Origin: Octopus sinensis
Lineage: Eukaryota
NCBI RefSeq assembly: GCF_006345805.1
Contig: NC_043002.1
Location: 109,058,001 to 109,122,000 of the forward strand
Direction of reading: 5' to 3'
Length of the DNA: 64,000 bases
Shown: positions 1-13,130 of the stretch, in pieces
How positions within the stretch are numbered: the stretch's first letter is position 1
How the letters are laid out: each line of letters begins with the position of its first letter
Notes under the pieces: generated by a model
The model's database searches: none
What the model was told of the DNA's origin: nothing
The model's input: only the letters and a program-made list of their open reading frames with translations
Program-made: the position numbers and the translations under genes

Positions 1-427
1 ATTTCTGAGCAAACATGTTCACTAGACAGAATAGTTTGTCTTGTTTTAATAGATAAATAATGATGGTTTTAAATTAATTTCATGTCACTATGTTGCCATC
101 CATAATACATCCACAATGTCATTGTTTATCACAATGGGCTCCATAGAGAAATAATCTGTTTAACAGTCCTCCATCATGTGTCTTTGTTGCTGATGGGTTA
201 CATTAAAGAAGAGAGAGAGAGAAATAAAATGTTAGTTCACCATGTGAAACTGTGTGTTCCATAGTTATATAAGTGGAGAAATTATCCAACAACCTCTGGT
301 GTGTCTTCGTAGCCTGTGGGCCTTGTCATGATATAGAGCAGTAGTTCCCAACCTTTTCACTACCAAGGACTCCTTTTTATTTAAATGAGTTTTCCTATGG
401 ACTCCTTTTAATATGCTAATCCTTATA

Positions 428-920
428 TATATCATCATCATCATTTAATGTCCGTTTTCCATGCTAGCAAGGGTTGGATGGCTTGACTGAGGTCTGAAGA
501 GCCTGTAGGCTGCACCAGGCTCCAATCAGATTCGGCAGTGTTTCTACAGCTGGATGCCCTTCCTAACACCAACCACTCCGAGAGTGTAGTGGGTGCCTTT
601 TACGTGCCACGTACGGATAGTGCTTTTTACATGTTGCTGGCATGGGAGCCAGTCAGAGGGAACTGACATCAGCCATATTTGGATGGTGTTTTTTATGTGC
701 CGCTGGCATGGAAGACGGTCCTGGCATCGGCCACGTTCAGATAGAGCTTTTTACATGCCACCAACACGGGAGCCAGTCAGGAGACACTAGCATCAGCCAT
801 ATTTGGATGGTGTTTTTATGTGCCACTGGCATGGAAGATGGTCCTGGCATTGATCACGTTCAGATAGTGCTTTTTTACATGCCACCGGCAAGGGAGCCAG
901 TCAGGGAGTATTGGCATGTT
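428..920 (-). mobile_element. 5'-truncated RTE tail copy with internal minisatellite
   Basis: catcatcatcatttaatgtccgttttccatgctagc...ctggatgcccttcctaacaccaaccactcc; alternating ~60-bp units with ~123-bp period (617, 741, 864). Confidence 0.75.
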
Positions 921-1927
921 CAATATATATATATGAAATTTTGAAAGTCCTGGGATTGATTTAGTCAACTAAAACTCTTCAAGGCATTGCTCCGGCATGG
1001 TCACTGTCAGATGACTGAGGCAAGTAAAAAGATTAAAGAGTTTATACACAATAATCATCACTTAACATCCCTTTTCTTTGGAGGTTTGGGTTGGGCAGTT
1101 TGATAGGGTCCAACAAGCTACAGGACTGCATCAATCTGCAATGTTTTTTCTTTGACACGGTTTCTATGACTGGATGCCCTTCCTAATGCCAACTACTTTA
1201 CAGAATGTACTGGGTGCTTTTTATGTGGCACCAGCTCAAGTGAGGTCACCCAGTAACTTGCAAGACCAGAAAAGGCCCTTTACCTGAGTGGGAGTGTATT
1301 TGAGAGAGAAAAGAAGTTGCTTTATGCCTGGTGTTGAAGGGCTAAAATATGATGGGGGTGAGGGACAAGAACAGATAGCTTGTTATGGCTACCCAGTATT
1401 ATATAAGGGTGGGTGGTAGTAACTGAAAAGAAAATAAAGATGGTGATGATGAAGTTGGTGGAGCACACTTTCAAGGTACAAAAAATGTGTATGTGTGTGT
1501 AATGTACACACACACAAATATATATATATACATGCACACACATGTATATTTATCTCACATTTGTGCGTGTATGTTCTGCTGTTTCATATTATAACATTTA
1601 CAAGCAATGTTATTGTATTACACCTAAGTAATTTTAGCTTTTACCATCTGCAATTCCTAGCTTATGGAATAAATAAAGATGATACAATGTAAATTTGTAA
1701 CTGGAATTCAGAGAACTAATAATCTGTTTGAAATTCCTGGTAGAAGTTGTGTTAAAAGGCCGGAATGGTGGTGGTGGTGAGTGGCAGGTGCTACATTTGA
1801 GGAGTATTTTACAAGTTTCTTTATTCTGTTGGTACATAACATTCTTCTCTTGAACTATAGTATTTGTATAACTTCCTCTCTCATAAACCAAGTCAGTTGT
1901 CTTTTCAATATATTATTCTATTATGAA

Positions 1928-2157
1928 GGCGGCGAGCTGGCAGAAACGGTAGCACGCCGGGCGAAATGCGTAGCCGTATTTCATCTGCCGTTACGTTCTG
2001 AGTTCAAATCCGCCGAGGTCGACTTTGCCTTTCATCCTTTCGGGGTCGATAAATTAAGTACCAGTTACGCACTGGGGCCGATGGAATTGACTTAATCGCT
2101 TTGTCTGTCCTTGTTTGTCCCCTCTGTGTTTAGCCCCTTGTGGGTAGTAAAGAAATA
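1928..2157 (+). mobile_element. SINE family B
   Basis: ggcggcgagctggcagaaac...gagttcaaatccgccgaggtcgactttgcctttcatcc; copies at about 7131-7345(+), 29420-29628(+), 42555-42790(-), 52822-53052(-), 59868-60062(-). Confidence 0.8.
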
Positions 2158-2812
2158 AATATATTATTCTATTATTCTCTTTCCGATTTCAGCCTGTGGC
2201 TGTAGCTATGCTGGGGCACCAGTATGATGAACGTTTTGTTAATCACTCAGATTGTCTGGGAGGAGGATAAGGTTAGGTTTTGCAGTACTGAATGAGGTCC
2301 ACCCCTTTTTTTTTTTTTTTCTATTTGAAGCTGGATTGTGCACCATGACATACGCAGACCCTGTGAGACTGGTAAGATTGGTGTGGTTGATGGTCAGCTT
2401 AAAATTGAAGTAGGTGAAATATGGATGGGATATCCAGTAAGGATACATTTTCTGCAGTTGATGCAGGGATACCTATTTTATTGACCTAAAAAAAAATGAA
2501 AGCAAAGTTGACCTCACAAGAATTTGAATTCAGAATGTAAAGATGGCTGAAGTGTTGCTAAGCAGTTTGCCCAACAGGCTGACAATTCCACCAGCTGGCC
2601 ACTTTAAACATCAATGTCATAATGAGAAAGTCATTCAGTCATATTGCTAAATCCCTCCAAAATCCTTGATTAATTTATTGTAAAATGATTTACAAGTTAT
2701 TATCCTTAGGTTTTTATTACCATGCTAAAACATAAACTATTGTTTGTAGATTATTGATTATATAGACTTAAACTGGATTATACAGTTCTGTATTTAAGAG
2801 ATGAGGAATTAT

Positions 2813-2891
2813 ATACATCATTTACATTTGACTGATATTTGTCCTCATCTTGTTTGTTGTTAACATAACGTTTCGGCTGGTACACCCTCCA
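2813..2891 (-). mobile_element. 5'-truncated copy of the hammerhead-bearing element
   Basis: Reverse complement reads ctggagggtgtaccagccgaaacgttatgttaacaacaaacaagatgaggacaaatatcagtcaaatgtaaa, matching about 32006-32083; CTGATGA is absent. Confidence 0.7.
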
Positions 2892-5173
2892 GTAAACTGG
2901 AACCCAACCTTGCTGTTACATGTTATTCTGTATGCCTCATTTTTTGGTATTTTCAAACAGATTTAGTAGTTTGTGAATGACTGAATAATTTATACAGTTT
3001 TGATAGCAGCTCACTTAAAGGATATTCTACCAGTGTTTTTGAAGGATCACAGTGGATCTTTGCTCATTTGTCTCTGTTGTATTGCCAAATACTGACCCTC
3101 TTGCCCACAATACCCAGTTGTCTCTTGATCATCTTTTCCATTCACTACCATCCAAACGTGGCTGATACCAGTGCCGCTTGACTGGCTCCTGTGCTGGTGG
3201 CACATAAAAAGCACCCACTACACACTCTGAGCGGTTGGCATTAGGAAGAGCATCCAGCTGTAGAAACATTGCCAGATCAGATTGTAGCCTGGTGCAGCCT
3301 CCTGGCTTGCCAGTCCTCAGTCAAACTGTCCAACTCATGCCAACTGGGAAAGCGGACGTTAAACGATGGTGATGGTGATGATGATGATATACTCTGCTAC
3401 TGATAAACTAAGACAAAAATATTAGATCTGTCCATACTTAATCCTACTACCCACTACACTCTGTAAAGTAATTGGCAAATGAATGGACAACATAAGGTTG
3501 AGAGAAGTCTTTAGATCTATTGCTGTTGAGGACATGACAACCTTTTGAGTGTTGGTGCTACAGGAAACTGTATCCTGTCAAAGAAATCATGTTGGCATGA
3601 AAAATGTAATGAGTAACACATGGTACTTCAACCTGTCTTATCAATGCCAGCATGAAGCAGGCATAAAAATGTGTGTGTACGTACATACATGTATGTGTAT
3701 ATATATTAATGTTTGTTTTTATGTTCAGTCATAATTAAAACAATTTTGCATTCATCTGAAGGGTTAATCCATACTTTTGTAGATTAACAAATTTATTATT
3801 CTTTTAACAACAATAGTATTGAGAGACTTCAAAGTTTCGGCCAGCTAAGCCTTCATAGGATTATCTGGTGATTGCTTCACTAGCCAAAACTCTGAAGTCA
3901 CTGTCATCATCATCATCACCATTGTCCTTTAATGTCCGTTTCCCATACTGGCATGAGTTTTTATGTGTCACCAGCATGAGGGCCAGTCAGGTGGCACTGG
4001 CAATGACCACACTTGAATGGTGCTGTTTACGTGCCACCAGCACATATATATATATATATATATATGTTATCTTTTATTCTTTTATTTGTTTCAGTCATTT
4101 GACTGTGGCAATGCTGGAGCACCGCCTTTAGTCAAACAAATCAACCCCAAAGCTTATTCTTTGTAAACCTAGTATTTATTCTGTCGGTCTCTTTTGCCGA
4201 ACCGCTATGTTACGGGGACATAAACACATCAGTATCAGTTGTCAGGCAATGATGAGGGACAAAGATACACACACACATATATATATACGATGGGCTTCTT
4301 TCAGTTTCCATCTACCAAATCCACTCACAAGGCTTTGATCAGCCCAAGACTATAGTAGAAGACATTGCTCAAGTTACCACGCAGTGGGACTGAACCCAGA
4401 ACCATGTGGTTGAGAAGCAAGCTACTTTACCAGATATATACATATATATATCTATATATGTATATATGTGTGTGCATATATATATTATATATGTATAAAA
4501 ATACATTTATATATGTATGTGTGTATATATATATGTAAGAGAACAAAGTGTACATACGCCACTATATATATCTCTTATTATAAAAGGCAGATTTTATCTG
4601 CCTCCCTTTGGGAGTTATACAAATCTACAATATAGGATTTCTTCAATTACAATTTACCTAGCAATTTTAAGAGTACAATGCATCGCGTCATGCCAGGTCC
4701 AGTTTTTAAAATTTAAACTCCAATTAAGCAAAATTTACAGAAAACTCACATTCTGGTGTGTGTGTCAAATGCTTTTCTTAGTCTGGTTTACACCACACGC
4801 AAACGCACACACACACAAAGGGAGCGAATTGTTTCACTGACGCTATCACCCTTCTCCTCCTTTGTCTTTGCAAGTTGGCAGCTATTAAAGTGAAAACAGT
4901 GAATCCGACGCGATAAGAAAAACGAATTGGTACCTGAATGGAGTGAAAATTTAAAAACTGTTTCTTTCGGTGAGTTTTCTGAAGAAACTGGACCAAGCCA
5001 CAGACTTTCCCAGAAGAGTAAAGCCTTAGACTATTTCTATTTACTTTTTCGAATGAGCCTATTTGAAATCATTACGCTAAACGTAAACAAACCGAAAGAA
5101 AGGATAGTTTGTTATTTCCCACAATCTTAAATGAAATTAAGGCCTATTTTGCCATAAATATTATTATGGGTAT

Positions 5174-5707
5174 CAGAAAGTTACCCAGAATAACAAATTC
5201 TATTGTAAAATTTTGTTGTATACCCAATTGAATATTAGCTAATAACCCATTTTCTATAGCGATGTTTGAACAAAATTTTAATAATTTTACAGAAAGTTAC
5301 CCAGAATAACAAATTCTATCGTAAAATTTTGTTGTATACCCAATTGAATATTAGCTAATAACCATTTTCTATAGCGATGTTTGAACAAAATTTTAATAAT
5401 TTTACAGAAAGTTACCCAGAATAACAAACGAGCCCTTCTGGGTATTAGCGCGCGTCTACGATGAGTCTACGATTTAAAAAAAAATTACCATCATATTTTT
5501 CCATTTTAATGCATTTTTTTCGCTTTTATATAAGGGAAGTAACTCTCTAAAAATATCTACGATGTGTCAACGATTTAAAGAAAAATTTACCTTAATTTTT
5601 TTTCAATTTTTAATGCATTTTTTGCTACTTTTTGGCTATAACTCTCTAAAAATGCTTATATAGTTATTTCCCTTACAACCCGAGCAACGCCGGGCGATAC
5701 TGCTAGT
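5174..5707 (-). mobile_element. Helitron-like copy adjoining a ~116-bp tandem duplication
   Basis: 5429-5707 is the reverse complement of about 41413-41690; the unit cagaaagttacccagaataacaaa starts at 5174, 5290 and 5405. Confidence 0.65.
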
Positions 5708-5871
5708 GTATATATATATATATATATATAAAATACAAAATGGGACAAGAACGCAAAACATCCGGACCAACTAGGTGATACAAAAAGGGACAACAAAACA
5801 TCCAGATAGACGATACAAAAAAAAAACAAGGACGGGTCATTCGAAGCTTTCTATTTTATATATATATATAA

Positions 5872-6157
5872 GTGGAGGCGCAATGGCCTAGTGGTTATGG
5901 CAGCAGACTCGCGGTCGCAGGATCGCGGTTTCGATTCCCAGACCAGGCGTTGTGAGTGTTTATTGAGCGAAAACACCTAAAAGCTCCACGAGGCTCCGGC
6001 AGGGGGTGGTGATCCCTGCTGTACTCTTTCACCACTCTTTCTTCTGTCGGCCTGCTCGCTTAGCCAGCGGGGTGGCGTCATTCAAAGGCTAAAACAATGC
6101 GAACGCATTGTAACCAGTGATGTGTAACTACATCTGATGGTCTGGTCGGTCACGTGA
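5872..6157 (+). mobile_element. tRNA-derived SINE (head type D)
   Basis: gtggaggcgcaatggcctagtggtt (A box) ... gtttcgattccc (B box); nearly identical to 48492-48777. Confidence 0.85.
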
Positions 6158-6424
6158 TATATATATAAACAAAAAAAAGAGATGGAAGAGGTAGCCAAGT
6201 GTTACAACTGCTTCAAAAGCATTACAAATGTCCTGTTGCTGTCTGGTATACTTTTTTCTTCAGGTACAGACAACTGTTTAATTAAAAACAGTCTACCATA
6301 ATCAATTAATCAGTCATATGTACCTGATGAGAGATTACACTGGTTAGCTGCAAAACAATTGTATTACTCAAATACCTCTACTATCACTTTTATTTCTAGA
6401 TTTGATTATCATGTTATAAGCAAT

Positions 6425-6770
6425 TGAGGTGCAATGGCCCAGTGGTTTGGGCAGTGGACTCGCAGTCGTAGGATCGCGGTTTTGATTCCCAGACCAGGCA
6501 TTGTGAATATTTATTGAGCGTAAACACCTAAAGCTCCACGAGGCTCCGGCAGGGAGTGGTGGTGAACCCTGCTGTACTCTTTCACCACAACTTTCTCTCA
6601 CTCTTACTTCCTGTTTCTGTTGTACCCGTATTTCAAAGGGCCAGCCTTGTCACACACTGTGTCACACTGAATCTCCCCAAGAAGTATGTCAAGGGTACAC
6701 GTATCTGTGGAGTGCATGTTAATTTCACAGACATGCTGTTCCATTGATCAGATCAACTGGAGTGCCACGA
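6425..6770 (+). mobile_element. tRNA-derived SINE, D head + tail 1
   Basis: Head as at 5872; tail ctgtatttcaaagggccagccttgtcacac as at 12809 and 51950. Confidence 0.75.
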
Positions 6771-8627
6771 TATAAGCACTGTTTGTTGATTTTGAAATGG
6801 AATTGTATAACAGCTGTCATCTTATTGGAATTTTCTGTCTAATCTCAATATGGGACAAACTGTATCTGATGCATTGATTAATAAATTTTATCGATTAATT
6901 ATCAAGTCATTTGTATTTTCAAGTCACTGTATTATCAAGTCATTGTATTTTCTATTCTGGCTTCCCAGATCCCCGGTCGAACCGTCCAACCCATGCTAGC
7001 ATGGAGAACGGACGTTAAACGATGATGACGATATGATGATTCAAGCCATCTTTATGCGAAAGAGTAAACAATTGTGTTACTATAACCACTTGACTGATCC
7101 TACATTATTTTTTTATTTTTTTTTTTTTTAAGGCAGCAAGCTAGCAGAATTGTTAGCATACCAGGCAAAATGCTTTGTGACATTGCATCTGTCTTTACGT
7201 TCTGAGTTTAAATTCCACCAAGGTTGACTTTGCCTTTCATCCTTTCAGGGTCAATGAATTAAGTACCAGTGAAACACTGGGGTCAATGTAATCGGCTAGT
7301 CCCCCTCCCAAATTTCAGGCCTTGTTCCCATAGCAGAAATAATAATTATTAGTAATTTTTATACACACGTACAAATATCTGATGACGATAATCATTCAAC
7401 AGGCTTCTGTGCAGTTTCTGTTTACCAAGTTCCATAGCCAAAAGCCAAAGTAGAAGAAAAGCGCTTGTGCAAGGTGTTGCACAGTGGAACCAAAACCAGA
7501 ACCACATCTCCAAAGCTGACCTCTTAACTACAGAACCAAACCTGAACTCTTAAATATGTTTTACATGTTATTTGGATATTTACCTAATTGTGTGTAGAGA
7601 CAACTGATGGTAAAGAGGGAGAATAAGCAAGAGTAGCAGAAGTCAACAGCAAAATTCTTTCTTTCACTCCTTCATACTTGTTGTTCACACTACTAACTTC
7701 AAGAAGGGAAGGCTCTACATGGTTCCTTACTCAACCTGCTAAACAGAGCAGCCAAAACTCCTTCAATATAAATAACACTAAATCCTTTTTTAAAAAAACC
7801 TTGCATTAAAGAATATATATCTTTTTATATTTTACTTTTTTTGTTCATTAGACTGTGGCCATGCTGGGGCACAGCCTTGAAGAATTATTAGATGAATAAA
7901 CCAATCCCAGTACATTTTTTTAAAGCCTGGTACTTATTCTGTCAGTCTCTATTCCTGAATCGCTAAGTAACAGGGACATAAACATGCCAACACCAGTTGT
8001 TAAATAGTGGAGATGGGGGATATGCATGCATAGATATATACAAGATGGGCTTCTTTTCAGTTTCTGTCTACCAAATCCTCTCACAAGGCTTTGGTTGGCC
8101 CAAGGCTATAGTAGAGGACACTTGCCCAGAACCATGTGGTTGGGAACCAAACTTTTGTGCCTATATATTAACTGCCAGTGCCTATATATTTGCAAAATCA
8201 CGGTACTGTCATATTTGCAATAACTCTAATTTTAGTCTGCTTAACCAGGGTTGGCCTTGGGTTAAACAGCACCATTGCTAACTCCATCTATAGTTGAATT
8301 TACTCTAGAAATAGTTACTTCAGCAGTGCAGCCCTGCACTTTTTTAATAATTCATTAGGTGTCAGGTCAGGTACCAATACAGCTATCCTGGTTTATTGGC
8401 TACACTAACCCTTTAGCATTTAAACTGGCCATATCCAGCCCAAATACTCTATTTTATGTCCAAACTGGTTGGATCTGGCCTCTTACACTTACCCTACAAT
8501 GTCATTCTAAAAACAGACAATCATATCACTGAAATCTCAAAGCTATAAGATAATCCAGATTAATTCAAAACAATGTGAATGAACAAGCATTACATTTAGC
8601 AGAATAATAATCTGAATGCTAAGGGTT

Positions 8628-9050
8628 AGGCGCAGGAGTGGCGGTGTGGTAAGTAGCTTGTTTACCAACCACATGGTTCTGGGTTCAGTCCCACTGCGTG
8701 GCACCTTGGGCAAGTGTCTTCTACTATAGCCTCGGGCCGACCAAAGCCTTGTGAGTGGATTTGGTAGACGGAAACTGAAAGAAGCCCGTCGTATATATGT
8801 ATATATATATATATATATATATGCGTGTGTATGTTTGTGTGTCTGTGTTTGTCCCCCTAGCATTGCTTGACAACCAATGCTGGTGTGTTTATGTCCCTGT
8901 TACTTAGCGGTTCGGCAAAAGAGACCGATAGAATAAGTACTGGGCTTACAAAGAATAAGTCCCGGGGTCGAGTTGCTCGATTAAAAAAAAGGCGGTGCTC
9001 CAGCATGGCCGCAGTCAAATGACTGAAACAAGTAAAAGAGTAAAAGAGAG
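8628..9050 (+). mobile_element. tRNA-derived SINE family C (CORE-like), with internal microsatellite
   Basis: ggcgcaggagtggcggtgtggtaag...gggttcagtccc...accttgggcaagtg...(TA)n(TG)n...agtaaaagagtaaaagag; copies at about 4070-4432(-), 32655-33032(-), 33285-33695(-), 33800-34085(-), 46040-46388(-). Confidence 0.8.
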
Positions 9051-10865
9051 GGTTAAACCAGATATATTTGGCCCCCAAACCCAAATATTCTATCTGTTTT
9101 ATGTCCAAACTGACCAGGTCTGGGTTCTCACGCTTACCCCACAATGTCGCTCTAAAAATAAACTCCTCATTTGCTTAGAGCAATTTGAATGCTAAAGGGT
9201 TCAACCATTGAGAGAGTTAAATTCTGTGAGACTGTCTGTTCATTGGTGCAGACTGGCTTCTTTCATCTCTGCTGACATTTGATGCTATTTGTTCTGTTGG
9301 AATGGCTTCCTTCACTTAGATTTCAGTTTGGTTCCTCACAAGTCCCTCCCCTCATCCCCACTTCCTCTGCTTTTGTATCTACTTGAAACCCACTTAAGCA
9401 TTTTATTACCATATTCCTGCTGAAATACACAGATTTTGTGTCAATTAATTTTGAAATAATGAAAAAATTTAGAAAAATAACTTTTGTCGTTAAATTGAGA
9501 GTGCGTAGAATATAAATGAACGTGGAATTTTGATGGAAGGTTTTACTTGAAATCACTTTATAGCCAGGAGTTTGTTTAAGAGCACCGGGGTCTGTCACAG
9601 GCAGCTTCATATCAAAAGACTTCAATGAAAACGTGTGTGGTTCTGTATATGTAGAGTAAAGCATTAAGATTTTCAAGTTCAACATTATTGCCACTACGTG
9701 CACTTTAGCTTCATTTTCTTATGTTTCAATATATCTGTAGATAATTTTCTGTAAATATCATATATCATATCATATCATCATCATCATCATCGTTTAACAT
9801 CCGTTTTCCATGCTGCACCAGGCCCCAATCTGATCTGGCAGTGTTTCTACAGCTGGATGCCCTTCCTAATACCCATTTCTTTACTACCCACAAGGGGCTA
9901 AACACAGAGAGCGGATAAACAAGGACAGACAAACGGAGTTAGTCGATTATATCAACCCCAGTGTGTAACTGGTACTTATTTAGTCGACCCCGAAAGGATG
10001 AAAGGCAAAGTCGACCTCGGCGGAATTTGCCCTTCCTAATACCAACCACTCTGAGAGTGTAGTGGATGCTTTTTATGTGCCACCGGCACAGGGGCCAGAG
10101 GATCTCAAATTTTTATATTAAGAGGAACTGAATCCTCTCCCATTCTTAAGTAAATATTCAAATTATCTCATCATATGAAGTCACTACTAATTGAAATATT
10201 AATTACTAGATATTCCGTTCACATTTAATGTAGTCTTTTATTGTAATGCTCAAGCAGGATCATCATGACATGACCACGGGACAAAAACGACCATCTTACA
10301 GGCTTCCACATGGTTTCCATTGACACAATTTCACTCACAAGGCTTGGGTTGACCTAACAGTATGGTAAAAGAGAAAGAGCCAAGATGCCGATCACTGATA
10401 TGAACCTGGAATCCTATCATTGCAAACAGAAATATTCAACCACTCGACCAGGCTTCTACACACATTCTTCCTTAAAAACATCATAACACACATATGCACA
10501 CTCATGATTTGACAGGCTGAGCTGGACAACTGCAGTGGGCTCCAATGCCTGCTTTGCTATGCTTTACATACAAATTAGTTACAATTTTAGGTATTTAATC
10601 ATCATCATCATCATCATCATTTTATTTGTTTATGTTTAAGGGAACATCTGTGCACTGTTAATGCTGTTGTTGCAACGAAGGCCTGTCATCTGTTTTGTAA
10701 TTTATTTCACAGTGACTGCATTGTGAATCATACATTTATTTACTTATCTTAGTATTACACGTCTAGATGTTAACAGCAGTGTTCCAGCCGAGATGACCTT
10801 AACTACGATGAAAGAACAATATTAAAGGACAATTAAAGATCTCTCACTAAGTGGGTCTAAGCACA

Positions 10866-11445
<580 letters not shown>

Positions 11446-12553
11446 GCACAGCAGGCAGTGCAGCCATTTCTTGAATCATAACAATACTTTGCTAAAAATA
11501 GGTTAAAAGTTCTGTTATCTTGTTATTCCGTTAATCAGAGATAGTGTGAAGTAGTGTAACCAATAGCTGTGTCTGTGTTCGCTGGTAACAAGTGTACAGA
11601 ACTTTCGACCGAAACTGCTGAAGGAGGTTTTGCTTTCTTGTGGCTGCTCAAAATACTTAACTTTTGATGCATATAGGTTAAGAACATTCCACTTAGACTT
11701 TAAGTAGTGGGTTTGTTGTAACTGCTGAAAGACATAGCGTTGAGTTTCTGGAGAATATAATGTGGGAATCATGCTGTAGAACTGAATGTGTGTCATCATC
11801 ATCATCATCATCATCATCATTATTTTATGTCCATTTTCCATGCTGGCATGGGTTGGACAGTTCCACAGGAGTTGGTGAGCCAAAGGGCTGTATAAAGTTC
11901 AAATGTCTGCTTTGGCTGGGTCTCTACTGCTGGATGCCCTTCCTAATACCAACCACTTTAAAGAGTGTACTGGATTTTTTTTTTTACGCCGTAGTTTCAG
12001 CTCAGAGCTGCGGCCATGCTGATGCGCCACTGTTTTGCTACACTGTTATTACTGAGAGCCTCCTCCAATATGTGGCACTTGGTGAAGGATGGAGTTTGAT
12101 GTAGCTACCCTCATTTGCACCTCTTGCCGTGAGGTAGGTTCATCTGGAATCTCAACAGGAAGAAGTCCAGCTTTGATTTAAAAACGCGTACATCTACTTA
12201 TATTAAAAAGCTGTGGGCCCCTGAAACCCAGGCTGTTGCAGTAGCTGGTCCTGAAGTGCGATGGCGTTGCTGGGATCTTTGGCACTATGCAGTGTCGTCC
12301 CATTCTGGCATTTGTGTTGCTTTCAATGCCAAAATATTTTTCTTTTCTTTTCTTTTCATCTCAGAAAACACAGAATTGTATTGTGTAGGATTTGTTGTGT
12401 GTGTGTGTGTGTTTTGTTTAATAAAACTACATGAAAATTGATAATATCTAATTAGATAGTTATGAAAAGTCATGGATTTAGTTTTGTTCTCTCTCCCTCT
12501 CTGTCTCTCTCAGATTGCTAAATCTTATTTTTTTTTTTTTTTTTTACTTCCAG

Positions 12554-12712
12554 TACCACAGTTTTGAAAGTAGCAGCCGATTACAATCATCTCTTGAAGA
12601 ACTTGAGTGCGGTGGAGACAACAGTGCTTGCAACATGCCTCAGCTCCAGGAGATGGATTATCAACTGAATGTGTCTGAACTCAATGAGAAACACATTAAA
12701 CTCGATATTCAG
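12554..12712 (+). CDS. DNAAF2: Internal coding exon, probable kintoun (dynein axonemal assembly factor 2)
   Basis: Long poly-T tract + ttccag acceptor, then 159 nt open (YHSFESSSRLQ...KHIKLDIQ), donor CAG|gtaatt. Phase 0-0, joins in frame to exon 15001. Exons further upstream were not identified. Confidence 0.6.
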
Positions 12713-12808
12713 GTAATTAGAAACTATTGACATTATCTGCGTTCCACACAATAAAATGTAGAATTAAGGGAGGACAAACATTTGTCATTTTCTGTTTTGT
12801 ATACATTG

Positions 12809-13130
12809 TGAAGGCACGTGGCTTAGTGGTTAGGGCATTCGGCTCACGATTGTAAGATTGTGAGTTCGATTCCCGGCGACGCGTTGTGTCCTTGAGCAAG
12901 ACACTTTATTTCACGTTGCTCCAGTCCACTCAGCTGGCAAAAATGAGTTGTGCCTGTATTTCAAAGGGCTGGCCTTGTCACACTTTGTGTCACATTGAAT
13001 CTCCCTGAGAACCATGTTAGGGGTACGCGTGTCTGTGGATTGCTCAGTCACTTGCACGTTAATTTCAAGAGCAGGCTGTTCCGTTGATCGTATCAGCTGG
13101 GACCCTTGTCGTCGTAACCGACGGAGTGCT
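12809..13130 (+). mobile_element. tRNA-derived SINE, E head + tail 1
   Basis: gtggcttagtggttagg...gttcgattccc...gtgtccttgagcaagacact; another copy at about 51950-52270. Confidence 0.8.

Noticed and set aside
585-920. CRISPR-like repeat/spacer appearance of the ~60-bp units
   Set aside because: Eukaryotic context, no unique spacers, no cas genes; the units are part of a LINE 3'UTR.
3831-3860. Hammerhead-like motif on the minus strand (CTATGAAGGC...GCCGAAACTTT)
   Set aside because: The core lacks the invariant G of CUGA and stem I does not pair; at most a dead relic.
5872-5945. tRNA genes at SINE heads (also 12809, 31866, 48492, 63083)
   Set aside because: A/B boxes are present, but there is no full cloverleaf or acceptor stem and each continues into a repeat body.
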